Assembly: GCA_012838235.1 (NCBI GenBank)
Contig: DUPQ01000008.1
Coordinates: 4,523-68,522 of the forward strand
DNA length: 64,000 nt
From: Clostridiaceae bacterium
GTDB lineage: Bacteria; Bacillota; Clostridia; DUPQ01
Reading direction: 5' to 3'
Both the position numbers and the translations under genes were made by a program. Position 1 is the first letter of the stretch. The number at the start of each line of letters is the position of its first letter. The notes under the pieces were generated by a model that saw only the letters and a program-made list of their open reading frames with translations, did no database searches and was not told where the DNA came from. Shown here in pieces: positions 43,787 through 51,269 of the stretch.

Positions 43787-44760
43787 TTATTTTAGGAATA
43801 GAAACAAGCTGTGACGAAACCGCCGCTTCCGTAGTAAAAGACGGAAGAATTATACTGTCGAATATTATTTCTTCCTCTGCAAAGATATTTGAAGAATACG
43901 GCGGAGTGGTACCGGAAATAGCATCAAGAAAGCATGTGGAATACATACTGCCTGTCATTGATAGAGCAATCAAAGAAGCAGGTATAAAGAGGGAAGATAT
44001 AGATGCAATAGCTGTTACATACGGACCCGGGCTTATAGGAGCTCTGTTGGTGGGTGTAACTGCTGCCAAAGCACTTGCCGCATCTTTAAATATTCCTTTA
44101 ATACCGGTTAATCATCTCAAAGGTCATATAGCAGCAAATTATCTGACACATAAAGAGCTTAAGCCTCCTTTTGTATGCTTACTGATATCGGGCGGACATA
44201 CCAATATATTGGATATACAAGGGTATGATGATATTAAGATTTTAGGCGGAACACGGGACGATGCGGTAGGAGAGGTTTACGATAAGGTCGGAAGGGTAAT
44301 GGGGCTGGTTTATCCCGGCGGTCCGAAAATAGACAAACTGGCTAAAGAAGGTAATCCCGAAGCAATTTCTTTTCCCAGAACCAAGTTCAGAGACAATGTG
44401 TTTGACTTCAGTTTTTCCGGTCTCAAGACCGCTGTTATAAACTACATACATTCAAAAGAACAGAAAAACGAGGACTATTCCAAGGAAGATGTCGCCGCAT
44501 CTTTTCAAAAGGCGGTTACCGATGTATTGGTGGATAATGTATTTGAAACTAAAAGTAAAAAAATAGTGGTGGCCGGGGGTGTGGCGGCAAACAAAGGATT
44601 AAGGGAAGCATTGAATAAAAGAGCCGCTAAAGAGAATACGGAAGTCTTCTATCCCGATATTCATCTTTGCACCGATAATGCGGCAATGATTGCGTCGGCA
44701 GCATACTATATCAACAAAGAAGACTTTGACATCAATGCCGATGCATCACCGGATATGTAA
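43783..44760 (+). CDS. tsaD: tRNA N6-adenosine threonylcarbamoyltransferase
   Basis: N-terminus [12 protein letters not shown] and Kae1/TsaD ASKHA-fold motifs (HLKGH, GGVAAN). Confidence 0.95.
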   Translation: MIILGIETSCDETAASVVKDGRIILSNIISSSAKIFEEYGGVVPEIASRKHVEYILPVIDRAIKEAGIKREDIDAIAVTYGPGLIGALLVGVTAAKALAASLNIPLIPVNHLKGHIAANYLTHKELKPPFVCLLISGGHTNILDIQGYDDIKILGGTRDDAVGEVYDKVGRVMGLVYPGGPKIDKLAKEGNPEAISFPRTKFRDNVFDFSFSGLKTAVINYIHSKEQKNEDYSKEDVAASFQKAVTDVLVDNVFETKSKKIVVAGGVAANKGLREALNKRAAKENTEVFYPDIHLCTDNAAMIASAAYYINKEDFDINADASPDM

Positions 44761-44807
44761 ATAACGGTTGACATTACCGCACAACTGATAGTATATTATT
44801 GAAAGTC

Positions 44808-44883
44808 GGGGGTATAGCTCAGCTGGGAGAGCGCTTGAATGGCATTCAAGAGGCCAACGGTTCGATCCCGTTTATCTCCACCA
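44808..44883 (+). tRNA. tRNA-Ala (anticodon GGC)
   Basis: 76 nt, GGGGGTATAGCTCAGCTGGGAGAGCG...GGTTCGATCCC...TATCTCCACCA. Has the G3:U70 alanine identity pair, anticodon stem CTTGA/TCAAG with loop ATGGCAT, and an encoded CCA. Confidence 0.93.
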
Positions 44884-44924
44884 TATAGATTTACAATGGA
44901 CGGTATATCCGAACGGTTATACCG

Positions 44925-44936
44925 TTCACTTATTTA
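44925..44936 (+). repeat. 12-nt direct repeat TTCACTTATTTA, left copy (partner at 46459-46470)
   Basis: Identical 12-mer on both sides of the abiEi-abiEii pair. The left copy follows a hairpin (ACGGTATA...TATACCGT, 44900-44926). Confidence 0.6.
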
Positions 44937-44960
44937 GAAGAAAGAAAATCCGATAATGCA

Positions 44961-44990
44961 TTGACTTTTATACGGTCTTTAGGATACAAT
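44961..44990 (+). promoter_or_regulatory. sigma-A-like promoter of abiEi-abiEii (TTGACT-18 nt-TACAAT) with flanking inverted repeat
   Basis: -35 at 44961-44966 and -10 at 44985-44990. ATACGG (44970-44975) and CCGTAT (44993-44998) form an inverted repeat bracketing the -10. Confidence 0.5.
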
Positions 44991-45016
44991 ATCCGTATGA
45001 AAGTTGGTGATTTTTA

Positions 45017-45607
45017 ATGAAGTATGACTATATTGACAAAATCTTGGCGGATAACGATGGTATTTTGAAAACGGCTGATATTGTTGCCGCAGGTATTTGC
45101 AAAGAAACTTTCTATAATTACGCAAAAGATACAGAGCTTGAAAAAGCTGCCCACGGCATTTATATTTCACCGGATGTGCCGGTAGACGAAATGTTCTTAC
45201 TGCAAACTCAGATTCCGAAAGTCATATATTCCCATGAAACTGCACTGTATTTGCACAATCTTTCCGAAAAAGAACCGATTCCGCTTACTGTAACGGTGCC
45301 TGCAAAGTATAACAATCCGACATTAACGGAAAAGGGTGTAAAAATTGTTTATGTAAAGAAGGAATGGTATTCGCTTGGTATCTGTCAAATGTCCTCGCCT
45401 GCAGGATATGATATTACTGCATACGATATGGAACGCACTATTTGTGATGTAATCCGTAAACGATCTTACATGGATATTTCCGCTTTTAACTATGCTTTAA
45501 CTGAATACATGAAACAAAAGGGAAAAGACCTTAACCGGCTTATGGAATATGCAAAAATAATGAGACTGGAAAAGAGAATTCGTGAAACAATGGGGGTATT
45601 GTTTTAA
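45017..45607 (+). CDS. abiEi: type IV toxin-antitoxin system AbiEi-family antitoxin / transcriptional regulator
   Basis: 196 aa. The N-terminal wHTH segment (GILKTADIVAAGICKETFYNYAKDTELEKAAHGIY) is typical of AbiEi_4-type proteins. The stop overlaps the start of the AbiEii-type gene (TAATG). Confidence 0.8.
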   Translation: MKYDYIDKILADNDGILKTADIVAAGICKETFYNYAKDTELEKAAHGIYISPDVPVDEMFLLQTQIPKVIYSHETALYLHNLSEKEPIPLTVTVPAKYNNPTLTEKGVKIVYVKKEWYSLGICQMSSPAGYDITAYDMERTICDVIRKRSYMDISAFNYALTEYMKQKGKDLNRLMEYAKIMRLEKRIRETMGVLF

Positions 45608-46446
45608 TGATTAAAACAGCTAGACAACTTAAAGATTTAATTCGGAATGTTGCGAAAGGCGATAGCGGTAAATCGCAACTGCTATTCCGCAATTATGCAA
45701 TGGAACGGTTTTTGGAGCGTATCGCTCTGTCAAAGTATAGGAATAATTTCATTCTAAAAGGTGGCATGCTCGTTTCCTCTATTGTTGGGTTGGATATGCG
45801 GGCGACAATGGATATGGATGCTACAATCCTCAATTTACCCCTTAATCCTGAACATGCAAGGATAATTGTTGAGGATATCACTGCCATAGAGATTGGTGAC
45901 AATATGGCTTTTTCTGTTAAGGATATTTCAAACATAATGGATGAAGCGGACTACATCTGTGTACGTCTCTCACTTGAGGCATTGTTAGAAAATATGAGAA
46001 TTCCCTTTAGAATTGACATATCAACCGGGGATTCAATAATACCGAAAGAAATTACATATAGCTACAAACTGATGTTTGAGCATCGATATATTCCTATACG
46101 GGCATACTCTCTTGAAACTATACTTGCGGAAAAAATCGAAACCGTATTAATCCGAACAATCTTTAACACAAGACTACGGGATTTTTACGATATATATATC
46201 CTACAAAACACCCGAATGGATATTGATATAAATATACTTACCGTTGCACTGACAGCAACCTGTCGTAATCGGAACAGTGAAAAGGTATTAACGGATTATC
46301 GATATATTTTGAAAGAAATTGAAAATAATCCTACTATGCGGGAATTTTGGATTAGTTACCAAAGGAAAAATAGCTATGCGGCAGATATCACATGGGAGAC
46401 AGTAATAAAATCAATCCGTGCATTGTGTGATAGCTGTATTTTATGA
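45607..46446 (+). CDS. abiEii: nucleotidyltransferase AbiEii/AbiGii-family toxin (DUF1814)
   Basis: 279 aa with the pol-beta-type NTase core KGGMLVSSIVGLDMRATMDMDA, plus AEK and RDFYDIY motifs characteristic of AbiEii. Confidence 0.82.
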   Translation: MIKTARQLKDLIRNVAKGDSGKSQLLFRNYAMERFLERIALSKYRNNFILKGGMLVSSIVGLDMRATMDMDATILNLPLNPEHARIIVEDITAIEIGDNMAFSVKDISNIMDEADYICVRLSLEALLENMRIPFRIDISTGDSIIPKEITYSYKLMFEHRYIPIRAYSLETILAEKIETVLIRTIFNTRLRDFYDIYILQNTRMDIDINILTVALTATCRNRNSEKVLTDYRYILKEIENNPTMREFWISYQRKNSYAADITWETVIKSIRALCDSCIL

Positions 46447-46458
46447 AAATAAAGATCT

Positions 46459-46470
46459 TTCACTTATTTA
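46459..46470 (+). repeat. 12-nt direct repeat TTCACTTATTTA, right copy
   Basis: Identical to 44925-44936. Begins 13 nt after the abiEii stop and is preceded by the 10-nt palindrome AAAGATCTTT (46451-46460). Confidence 0.6.
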
Positions 46471-46556
46471 TCAATGAATCTATATCAACACCTTCTCGTA
46501 ATACATTGTGTTACATATGTTTCAAGTTATAAATATTGAATAAAATGTATCATATT

Positions 46557-46605
46557 ACAAAAAGTCGCTGAAGAAAGTGTTGCATTAGCACAAAAAGTCG
46601 TTGAA
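46557..46605 (+). repeat. two 16-nt direct repeats ACAAAAAGTCG(C/T)TGAA, 33-nt period, upstream of the ATPase gene
   Basis: Copies at 46557-46572 and 46590-46605 match at 15 of 16 positions. The second overlaps the -35 of the promoter below. Confidence 0.6.
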
Positions 46606-46629
46606 CATTTTGTAAAATGCTGATATTAT
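46601..46629 (+). promoter_or_regulatory. sigma-A-like promoter of the AAA/DUF4143 gene (TTGAAC-17 nt-TGaTATTAT)
   Basis: -35 at 46601-46606 and extended -10 at 46621-46629, about 29 nt before ATG 46658. Confidence 0.5.
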
Positions 46630-46657
46630 GTCTATTGTGAGCGAAAGGAGGTCGGTT

Positions 46658-47956
46658 ATGTATCGTACTTCTTTAGAATATTTGTATAAATGGAAAGAAA
46701 AAGACAATAGAAAGCCGTTGATTATTCGCGGAGCAAGACAGGTAGGAAAAACTTGGCTTATGAAGGAATTTGCGAATAAAGCATATAAATCGCATGCATA
46801 TATTAATTTTGATAACAATATGCAAATGAAGCAGCTGTTTTTGCAGGATTTAAATGTAGATAGGTTAATAATGGGACTGGAACTGTATACCGGAAAGAAG
46901 ATAGTTCCGTCCGAGACCCTTATCATATTTGATGAAGTTCAGGAAGTTCCCAATGCACTGACTTCTTTAAAATATTTTAATGAAGATGCTCCTTCATATC
47001 ATATTGTATGCGCAGGAAGTTTATTAGGTATTGCACTGCATCCCGGAACATCTTTTCCGGTGGGTAAAGTCGAGTTTATGGATCTTTATCCTTTGTCATT
47101 TTCAGAATTTATGCTGGCAATGGGAAAAGAACAGTATGCCGAACTGTTGGAATCAAAAGACTATGAGATGATTACAACTTTTAAGCAGGAATACATTAAT
47201 CTTTTGAAACAATATTTCTATGTGGGCGGTATGCCTGAGGTTGTTGCACACTACGCTGTTAATAAGGATTTTCAAGGGGTTCGGGAAATACAGAGACGTA
47301 TTTTAGATGCATACGAGCAGGATTTTTCCAAGCATGCTCCCAATGAGATTGTATCCCGCATTCGCATGCTTTGGAACAGTATTCCGGCTCAGCTTGCAAA
47401 GGAGAATAAAAAGTTTATATACGGTCTGATTAAAGAAGGTGCCAGAGCAAAAGAATATGAAACGGCACTATTGTGGCTTACCGATTGCGGCCTTGTCCAT
47501 CAGGTGAATCGTGTTAATGCGCCTAATATACCCCTTAAGGCATATGAGGATTTAAAAGCTTTTAAGTTATTTACCTTGGATGTAGGTCTCTTATCCTGTA
47601 TGGTGGGTCTGCATCAGAGTGCTTTGTTAAGCGGTAATGACTTGTTCAGGGAATTCAAAGGAGCTTTAACGGAGCAGTATGTTCTGCAGCAATTAAAGAC
47701 ATTGGATAATTTGAATGTCTATTATTGGACCAATGACAGAAACCGAGCCGAGATTGATTTTCTGATTGGCAGTGAGGGTAGGGTTATTCCGGTTGAAGTA
47801 AAAGCCGAAGTTAATTTACAATCTAAAAGTCTTAAAACATTTCGTGATAAATATGATATAGAGATTTCGGTCAGGACATCCATGTCGGACTATAAAAAAG
47901 AAGAGCGGCTTATTAATCTGCCGTTATACGCGATAAGTAATATCAAAAAGATTTGA
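46658..47956 (+). CDS. AAA-family ATPase with C-terminal DUF4143 / PD-(D/E)xK-like domain
   Basis: ATG 46658 behind AAAGGAGG; the track start 46628 lies inside the -10. Walker A GARQVGKT, Walker B LIIFDEVQ. The C-terminal AEIDFLIGSEGRVIPVEVKAE resembles a D...E-x-K nuclease core. Confidence 0.8.
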   Translation: MYRTSLEYLYKWKEKDNRKPLIIRGARQVGKTWLMKEFANKAYKSHAYINFDNNMQMKQLFLQDLNVDRLIMGLELYTGKKIVPSETLIIFDEVQEVPNALTSLKYFNEDAPSYHIVCAGSLLGIALHPGTSFPVGKVEFMDLYPLSFSEFMLAMGKEQYAELLESKDYEMITTFKQEYINLLKQYFYVGGMPEVVAHYAVNKDFQGVREIQRRILDAYEQDFSKHAPNEIVSRIRMLWNSIPAQLAKENKKFIYGLIKEGARAKEYETALLWLTDCGLVHQVNRVNAPNIPLKAYEDLKAFKLFTLDVGLLSCMVGLHQSALLSGNDLFREFKGALTEQYVLQQLKTLDNLNVYYWTNDRNRAEIDFLIGSEGRVIPVEVKAEVNLQSKSLKTFRDKYDIEISVRTSMSDYKKEERLINLPLYAISNIKKI

Positions 47957-48056
47957 AACCGTATAGCGGAGGATATGTGAAGATGATATAATCTAACAAG
48001 ATGTAGATTTGTCCGGATAAGTTTGAATAGGAAAATAAATAGAATGGGAGGTTGTT

Positions 48057-49520
48057 ATGGGAAGAGATTTGAGAAAACTGACTTTGCTGCATTCAAATGA
48101 CATGCACGGAGATTTTATGAGCGAGAATATTGACGATAAACTTGTGGGCGGAGTTGCAATGCTCTCAGGGTATATTGATAAAGTACGACAGGAAGAAGAA
48201 AATGTGGTTTACGTTATAGCAGGAGATATGTTCAGAGGCTCCATTATTGATCAGGAATACAGAGGACTTTCCACAATAGAAATAGTTAATATGCTTTCAC
48301 CCGATGTGGTTACATTGGGAAATCATGAAGTGGATTACGGTGTTGCCCATCTTCTGTTTATTGAGAAACTGGCCAAGTTCCCTATTATAAACAGCAATTT
48401 ATATATAAAAACCAATCATACCCGTCTTTTTAGACCATATCTCATAAAGGAAGTAGGCGGGATAAAAATACTGTATATCGGCATATTGACGGAGGAAGTT
48501 ATTGCTCAGACCAAACAGGAGACTCTTATAGGTTCCATAGTGGATGTTTATGAAGCCGCAAAGGAAGTGGGAAGAATTTGTAATGCCTATTCTCAAATAG
48601 ATATTGATTTCACAATACTTCTCACACATATCGGTCATGAAGAGGATAAGAAATTAGCTTCAATGCTGGATCCGGCTTGGGGAGTGGATATAATAATCGG
48701 GGGACATTCTCATACATTCTTAGAGCAGCCGGATATAGTAAACGGTATAGTTATTGCGCAAGCCGGGACAGGTACCGATCAGATAGGAAGATTTGATATT
48801 ATTGTTGATAAAGACAACAACTGCATAGAAGATTTTACCTGGCAGGCGGTACCCATAGATGAGACGCATTGCCCGGTAGATAAAGATTTGGAAGAAATAA
48901 TACTTCAGTATCATGAAAAAACCAATGAAAAATTCTCCAGAATAATAACCAGATTCAAGCGTGCATTAACCCATCCGAAAAGAAGTCAGGAAACCGAGTT
49001 GGGCAATTTATGTGCGGATGCGGTAGTGGATAACCTCGGCTTGGATATAATGTTGTTTGCGTCGGGAAGTATAAGAAAAAAAGAGTTGGGGCCTATACTG
49101 ACACTTAAGGATTTTAAGGAATGTTTCCCGTTTGATGACAAGATATACAGAATAAAGTTGACAAAGAAGCAGATAGAAAAAGCGTTCAACACAATTTTGG
49201 GAAGAGATTTAAGCGACCATGTGGAATTCTATCAGGTGTCCAGAGGGTTCAAGGTAAAGTATTCCAAAAAAGAGAACAGAGTTACCGAACTTTCATTGGA
49301 ATCCCAACCTTTGGATGATAATCATATTTACTCGGTAGGTTTACAGGAGTACCATTTTAACAATATGGCGGACTTTATAGGTATCACCAAGGAAGAAGCG
49401 GAAGCCAATTCCCCTATAAAAGTAGTTACCACCTCCAGCGGAGATGTGTTAGAAGAAGCATTTTTAGGAATGGTGCTTGCCGATCCGAAAGTTGAGGGCC
49501 GTATAGTTATTGAGTATTAG
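48057..49520 (+). CDS. bifunctional metallophosphatase / 5'-nucleotidase family protein (no signal peptide)
   Basis: Calcineurin-like motifs HSNDMHG, GDMFRG, GNHEVDYG and GGHSH, followed by a 5'-nucleotidase C-terminal domain. Confidence 0.85.
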   Translation: MGRDLRKLTLLHSNDMHGDFMSENIDDKLVGGVAMLSGYIDKVRQEEENVVYVIAGDMFRGSIIDQEYRGLSTIEIVNMLSPDVVTLGNHEVDYGVAHLLFIEKLAKFPIINSNLYIKTNHTRLFRPYLIKEVGGIKILYIGILTEEVIAQTKQETLIGSIVDVYEAAKEVGRICNAYSQIDIDFTILLTHIGHEEDKKLASMLDPAWGVDIIIGGHSHTFLEQPDIVNGIVIAQAGTGTDQIGRFDIIVDKDNNCIEDFTWQAVPIDETHCPVDKDLEEIILQYHEKTNEKFSRIITRFKRALTHPKRSQETELGNLCADAVVDNLGLDIMLFASGSIRKKELGPILTLKDFKECFPFDDKIYRIKLTKKQIEKAFNTILGRDLSDHVEFYQVSRGFKVKYSKKENRVTELSLESQPLDDNHIYSVGLQEYHFNNMADFIGITKEEAEANSPIKVVTTSSGDVLEEAFLGMVLADPKVEGRIVIEY

Positions 49521-49554
49521 TTGAATAGTAAAGAACAGATTTATTTGTTGAATT

Positions 49555-49594
49555 AAACCGTTTCGGCTATATATCGTACCGAAACGGTTTTTTC
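49555..49594. terminator. bidirectional rho-independent terminator
   Basis: 12-bp stem AAACCGTTTCGG (49555-49566) / CCGAAACGGTTT (49579-49590), with A-rich sequence 5' and a T-run 3'. Lies between convergent genes. Confidence 0.8.
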
Positions 49595-49651
49595 AGGCAG
49601 TTAAAATACTTTGCTTAAGATGAACTTATGTAAACTTAAGCATTGTAAGTT

Positions 49652-49924
49652 TTATTCGTATTCATCAATCTGTTTATTTATTGATGCAAGCTCTTCTTCT
49701 AAAAACTTCTTCTGATTAAGCAGAAGTTCCTTTGAGGGCTTTTCATCATATAGAGGAGCATCATCATAGTAATACAGCCTGTTGCATACGCCAAATCCTC
49801 TTCCTCTGCCTCCGCCTCTGCCATAGTATCTGCCTACCGGACGTCTGGCGCCTGTGCAGTATCCCATAGCTCTTCCTGTTAGCGGGCCCATTCCTCTGGG
49901 TCCTGTTCCGTCAAATCTGGGCAT
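49652..49924 (-). CDS. DUF5320 domain-containing protein
   Basis: 90 aa. The N-terminus MPRFDGTGPRGMGPLTGRAMGYC followed by a G/R-rich stretch and a C-terminal coiled coil is the DUF5320 pattern as I recall it. GGGAGG RBS. Confidence 0.75.
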   Translation of the reverse strand: MPRFDGTGPRGMGPLTGRAMGYCTGARRPVGRYYGRGGGRGRGFGVCNRLYYYDDAPLYDEKPSKELLLNQKKFLEEELASINKQIDEYE

Positions 49925-49947
49925 CTTTTGAACCTCCCTTATTTATT

Positions 49948-49963
49948 TCCGGCATATGCCGGA
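49948..49963. promoter_or_regulatory. perfect 16-nt palindrome TCCGGCATATGCCGGA in the DUF5320 5' UTR (candidate operator)
   Basis: Lies between the predicted -10 and the RBS of the minus-strand gene. A related GGCATATGTC site at 49987-49996 abuts the -35. Confidence 0.55.
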
Positions 49964-49970
49964 TACTATC

Positions 49971-49998
49971 AGTATACCACATTAATGGCATATGTCAA
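49971..49998 (-). promoter_or_regulatory. near-consensus sigma-A promoter of the DUF5320 gene (TTGACA-16 nt-TGgTATACT, minus strand)
   Basis: The reverse complement reads TTGACATATGCCATTAATGTGGTATACT. -35 is at 49998-49993 and -10 at 49976-49971. Confidence 0.6.
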
Positions 49999-50110
49999 TA
50001 ACTATTTTAATATTTAACCTTGTTTTGTTAAAAGTAATGTGGCAGAGGAATAAGGTTGTGTTATTTCATGATATAATACATATAACAGAATCTTGAACAA
50101 GGAGTAGCAT

Positions 50111-51235
50111 ATGTCTCTTACATCAAAAGAAAGATTAATGAGGATTTTTGCCAATAAACCGATAGACAGGCCCGCGATAAAGTTGTGGGGATCATGGAAT
50201 TACCGTAAGGGTGATAAATTATTGCATCCTTCATATGAGCCGGCAATGATAAAGGCCGCGGAAAAGACTGATCTTGTAGTCAATGCGAGCACTCCGTTTT
50301 TCATGTTCTGCGGACAGGTGGATATAGTCAGGAGAAAGAATGTGGAAATAAATGATCCTCTGTGGTACGAGGAGCATATAGTTTTCCATACACCTATGGG
50401 TCAACTTCGCAGGGTAGACAGAATATCAAAAATAGGTGAACCGGGGTTTACGATAGAATATCCCGTAAAACAACCGGAGGATATAAAGAGGATGCTGTCT
50501 ATGCCGTATGAGCCGTTTCCGTATATTGATAATATTGAAGAGCAGCAACAACTGTTGGGAGACAGGGGAATTGTCCTGTACCGTATTGATCACATCGCAT
50601 ATGCCCTTTATCGTATGATAGGTTCGGAAAATCTTGCATACTTTACCCATGACTGCAGAGACCTTTTAATGGAGGCATTGGATGTTTTTTCCAAAAGGCT
50701 GTATGCTCATGTCGAAGAAGCGCTTAATCATGGTGTCAGAGTACCTTTTTCCTGGGTGGGACCGGAGTTGCTTATTCCTCCGTTATTATCGGAAAAAGAT
50801 TTCATGGATTTCTGTTTTGATTATGATAAACACATTTGCGATATGGTACACAATGCCGGAAGTTACATCTGGGTGCATTGCCACGGTAAAGTACGGAACC
50901 TGATAGAGAATTTTATTGAGATGGGTGTCGATGTGCTTAATCCTTTGGAACCGCCCAAGAACGGAGATGTGGATTTGGACGAAGTGGCAAGAACATTCAA
51001 GAATCGCATAGGTCTGGAAGGCAATATAGAGATGCAGGATTTTTATGATGAATCCGAGGAAGTTATAAGGGAAAAAATAAAAACTTGCGTGCAAAGCGGA
51101 AAGCAAAGCAACAGATTTATAATGTGTACTTCCGCCGGCTTCATGGATTTTCCGACACCGAGCAAGCAATATCTTGATAACATCATGACATACATAGATT
51201 ACGGATATGAATGCGTCAATAATGCAAGGTATTAG
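50111..51235 (+). CDS. uroporphyrinogen decarboxylase (URO-D)-family protein, function unknown
   Basis: 374 aa with a URO-D/MtaA-like TIM-barrel pattern in the C-terminal half (VWVHCHGKV...GVDVLNPLEP...LEGNIE...FIMCTSAG). No haem-pathway neighbours. Confidence 0.7.
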   Translation: MSLTSKERLMRIFANKPIDRPAIKLWGSWNYRKGDKLLHPSYEPAMIKAAEKTDLVVNASTPFFMFCGQVDIVRRKNVEINDPLWYEEHIVFHTPMGQLRRVDRISKIGEPGFTIEYPVKQPEDIKRMLSMPYEPFPYIDNIEEQQQLLGDRGIVLYRIDHIAYALYRMIGSENLAYFTHDCRDLLMEALDVFSKRLYAHVEEALNHGVRVPFSWVGPELLIPPLLSEKDFMDFCFDYDKHICDMVHNAGSYIWVHCHGKVRNLIENFIEMGVDVLNPLEPPKNGDVDLDEVARTFKNRIGLEGNIEMQDFYDESEEVIREKIKTCVQSGKQSNRFIMCTSAGFMDFPTPSKQYLDNIMTYIDYGYECVNNARY

Positions 51236-51269
51236 TAATTATTATTAATAATTATCTTAACTAAAAGTA

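Noticed and set aside
47990-48015. Possible att-like repeat of the sequence just 3' of tRNA-Ala (ATATAGATTTACA versus ATGTAGATTTGTC) marking the right end of the islet
   Set aside because: Only about 10 of 13 positions match in AT-rich sequence, and nothing matches the tRNA 3' end itself. This is within chance expectation.
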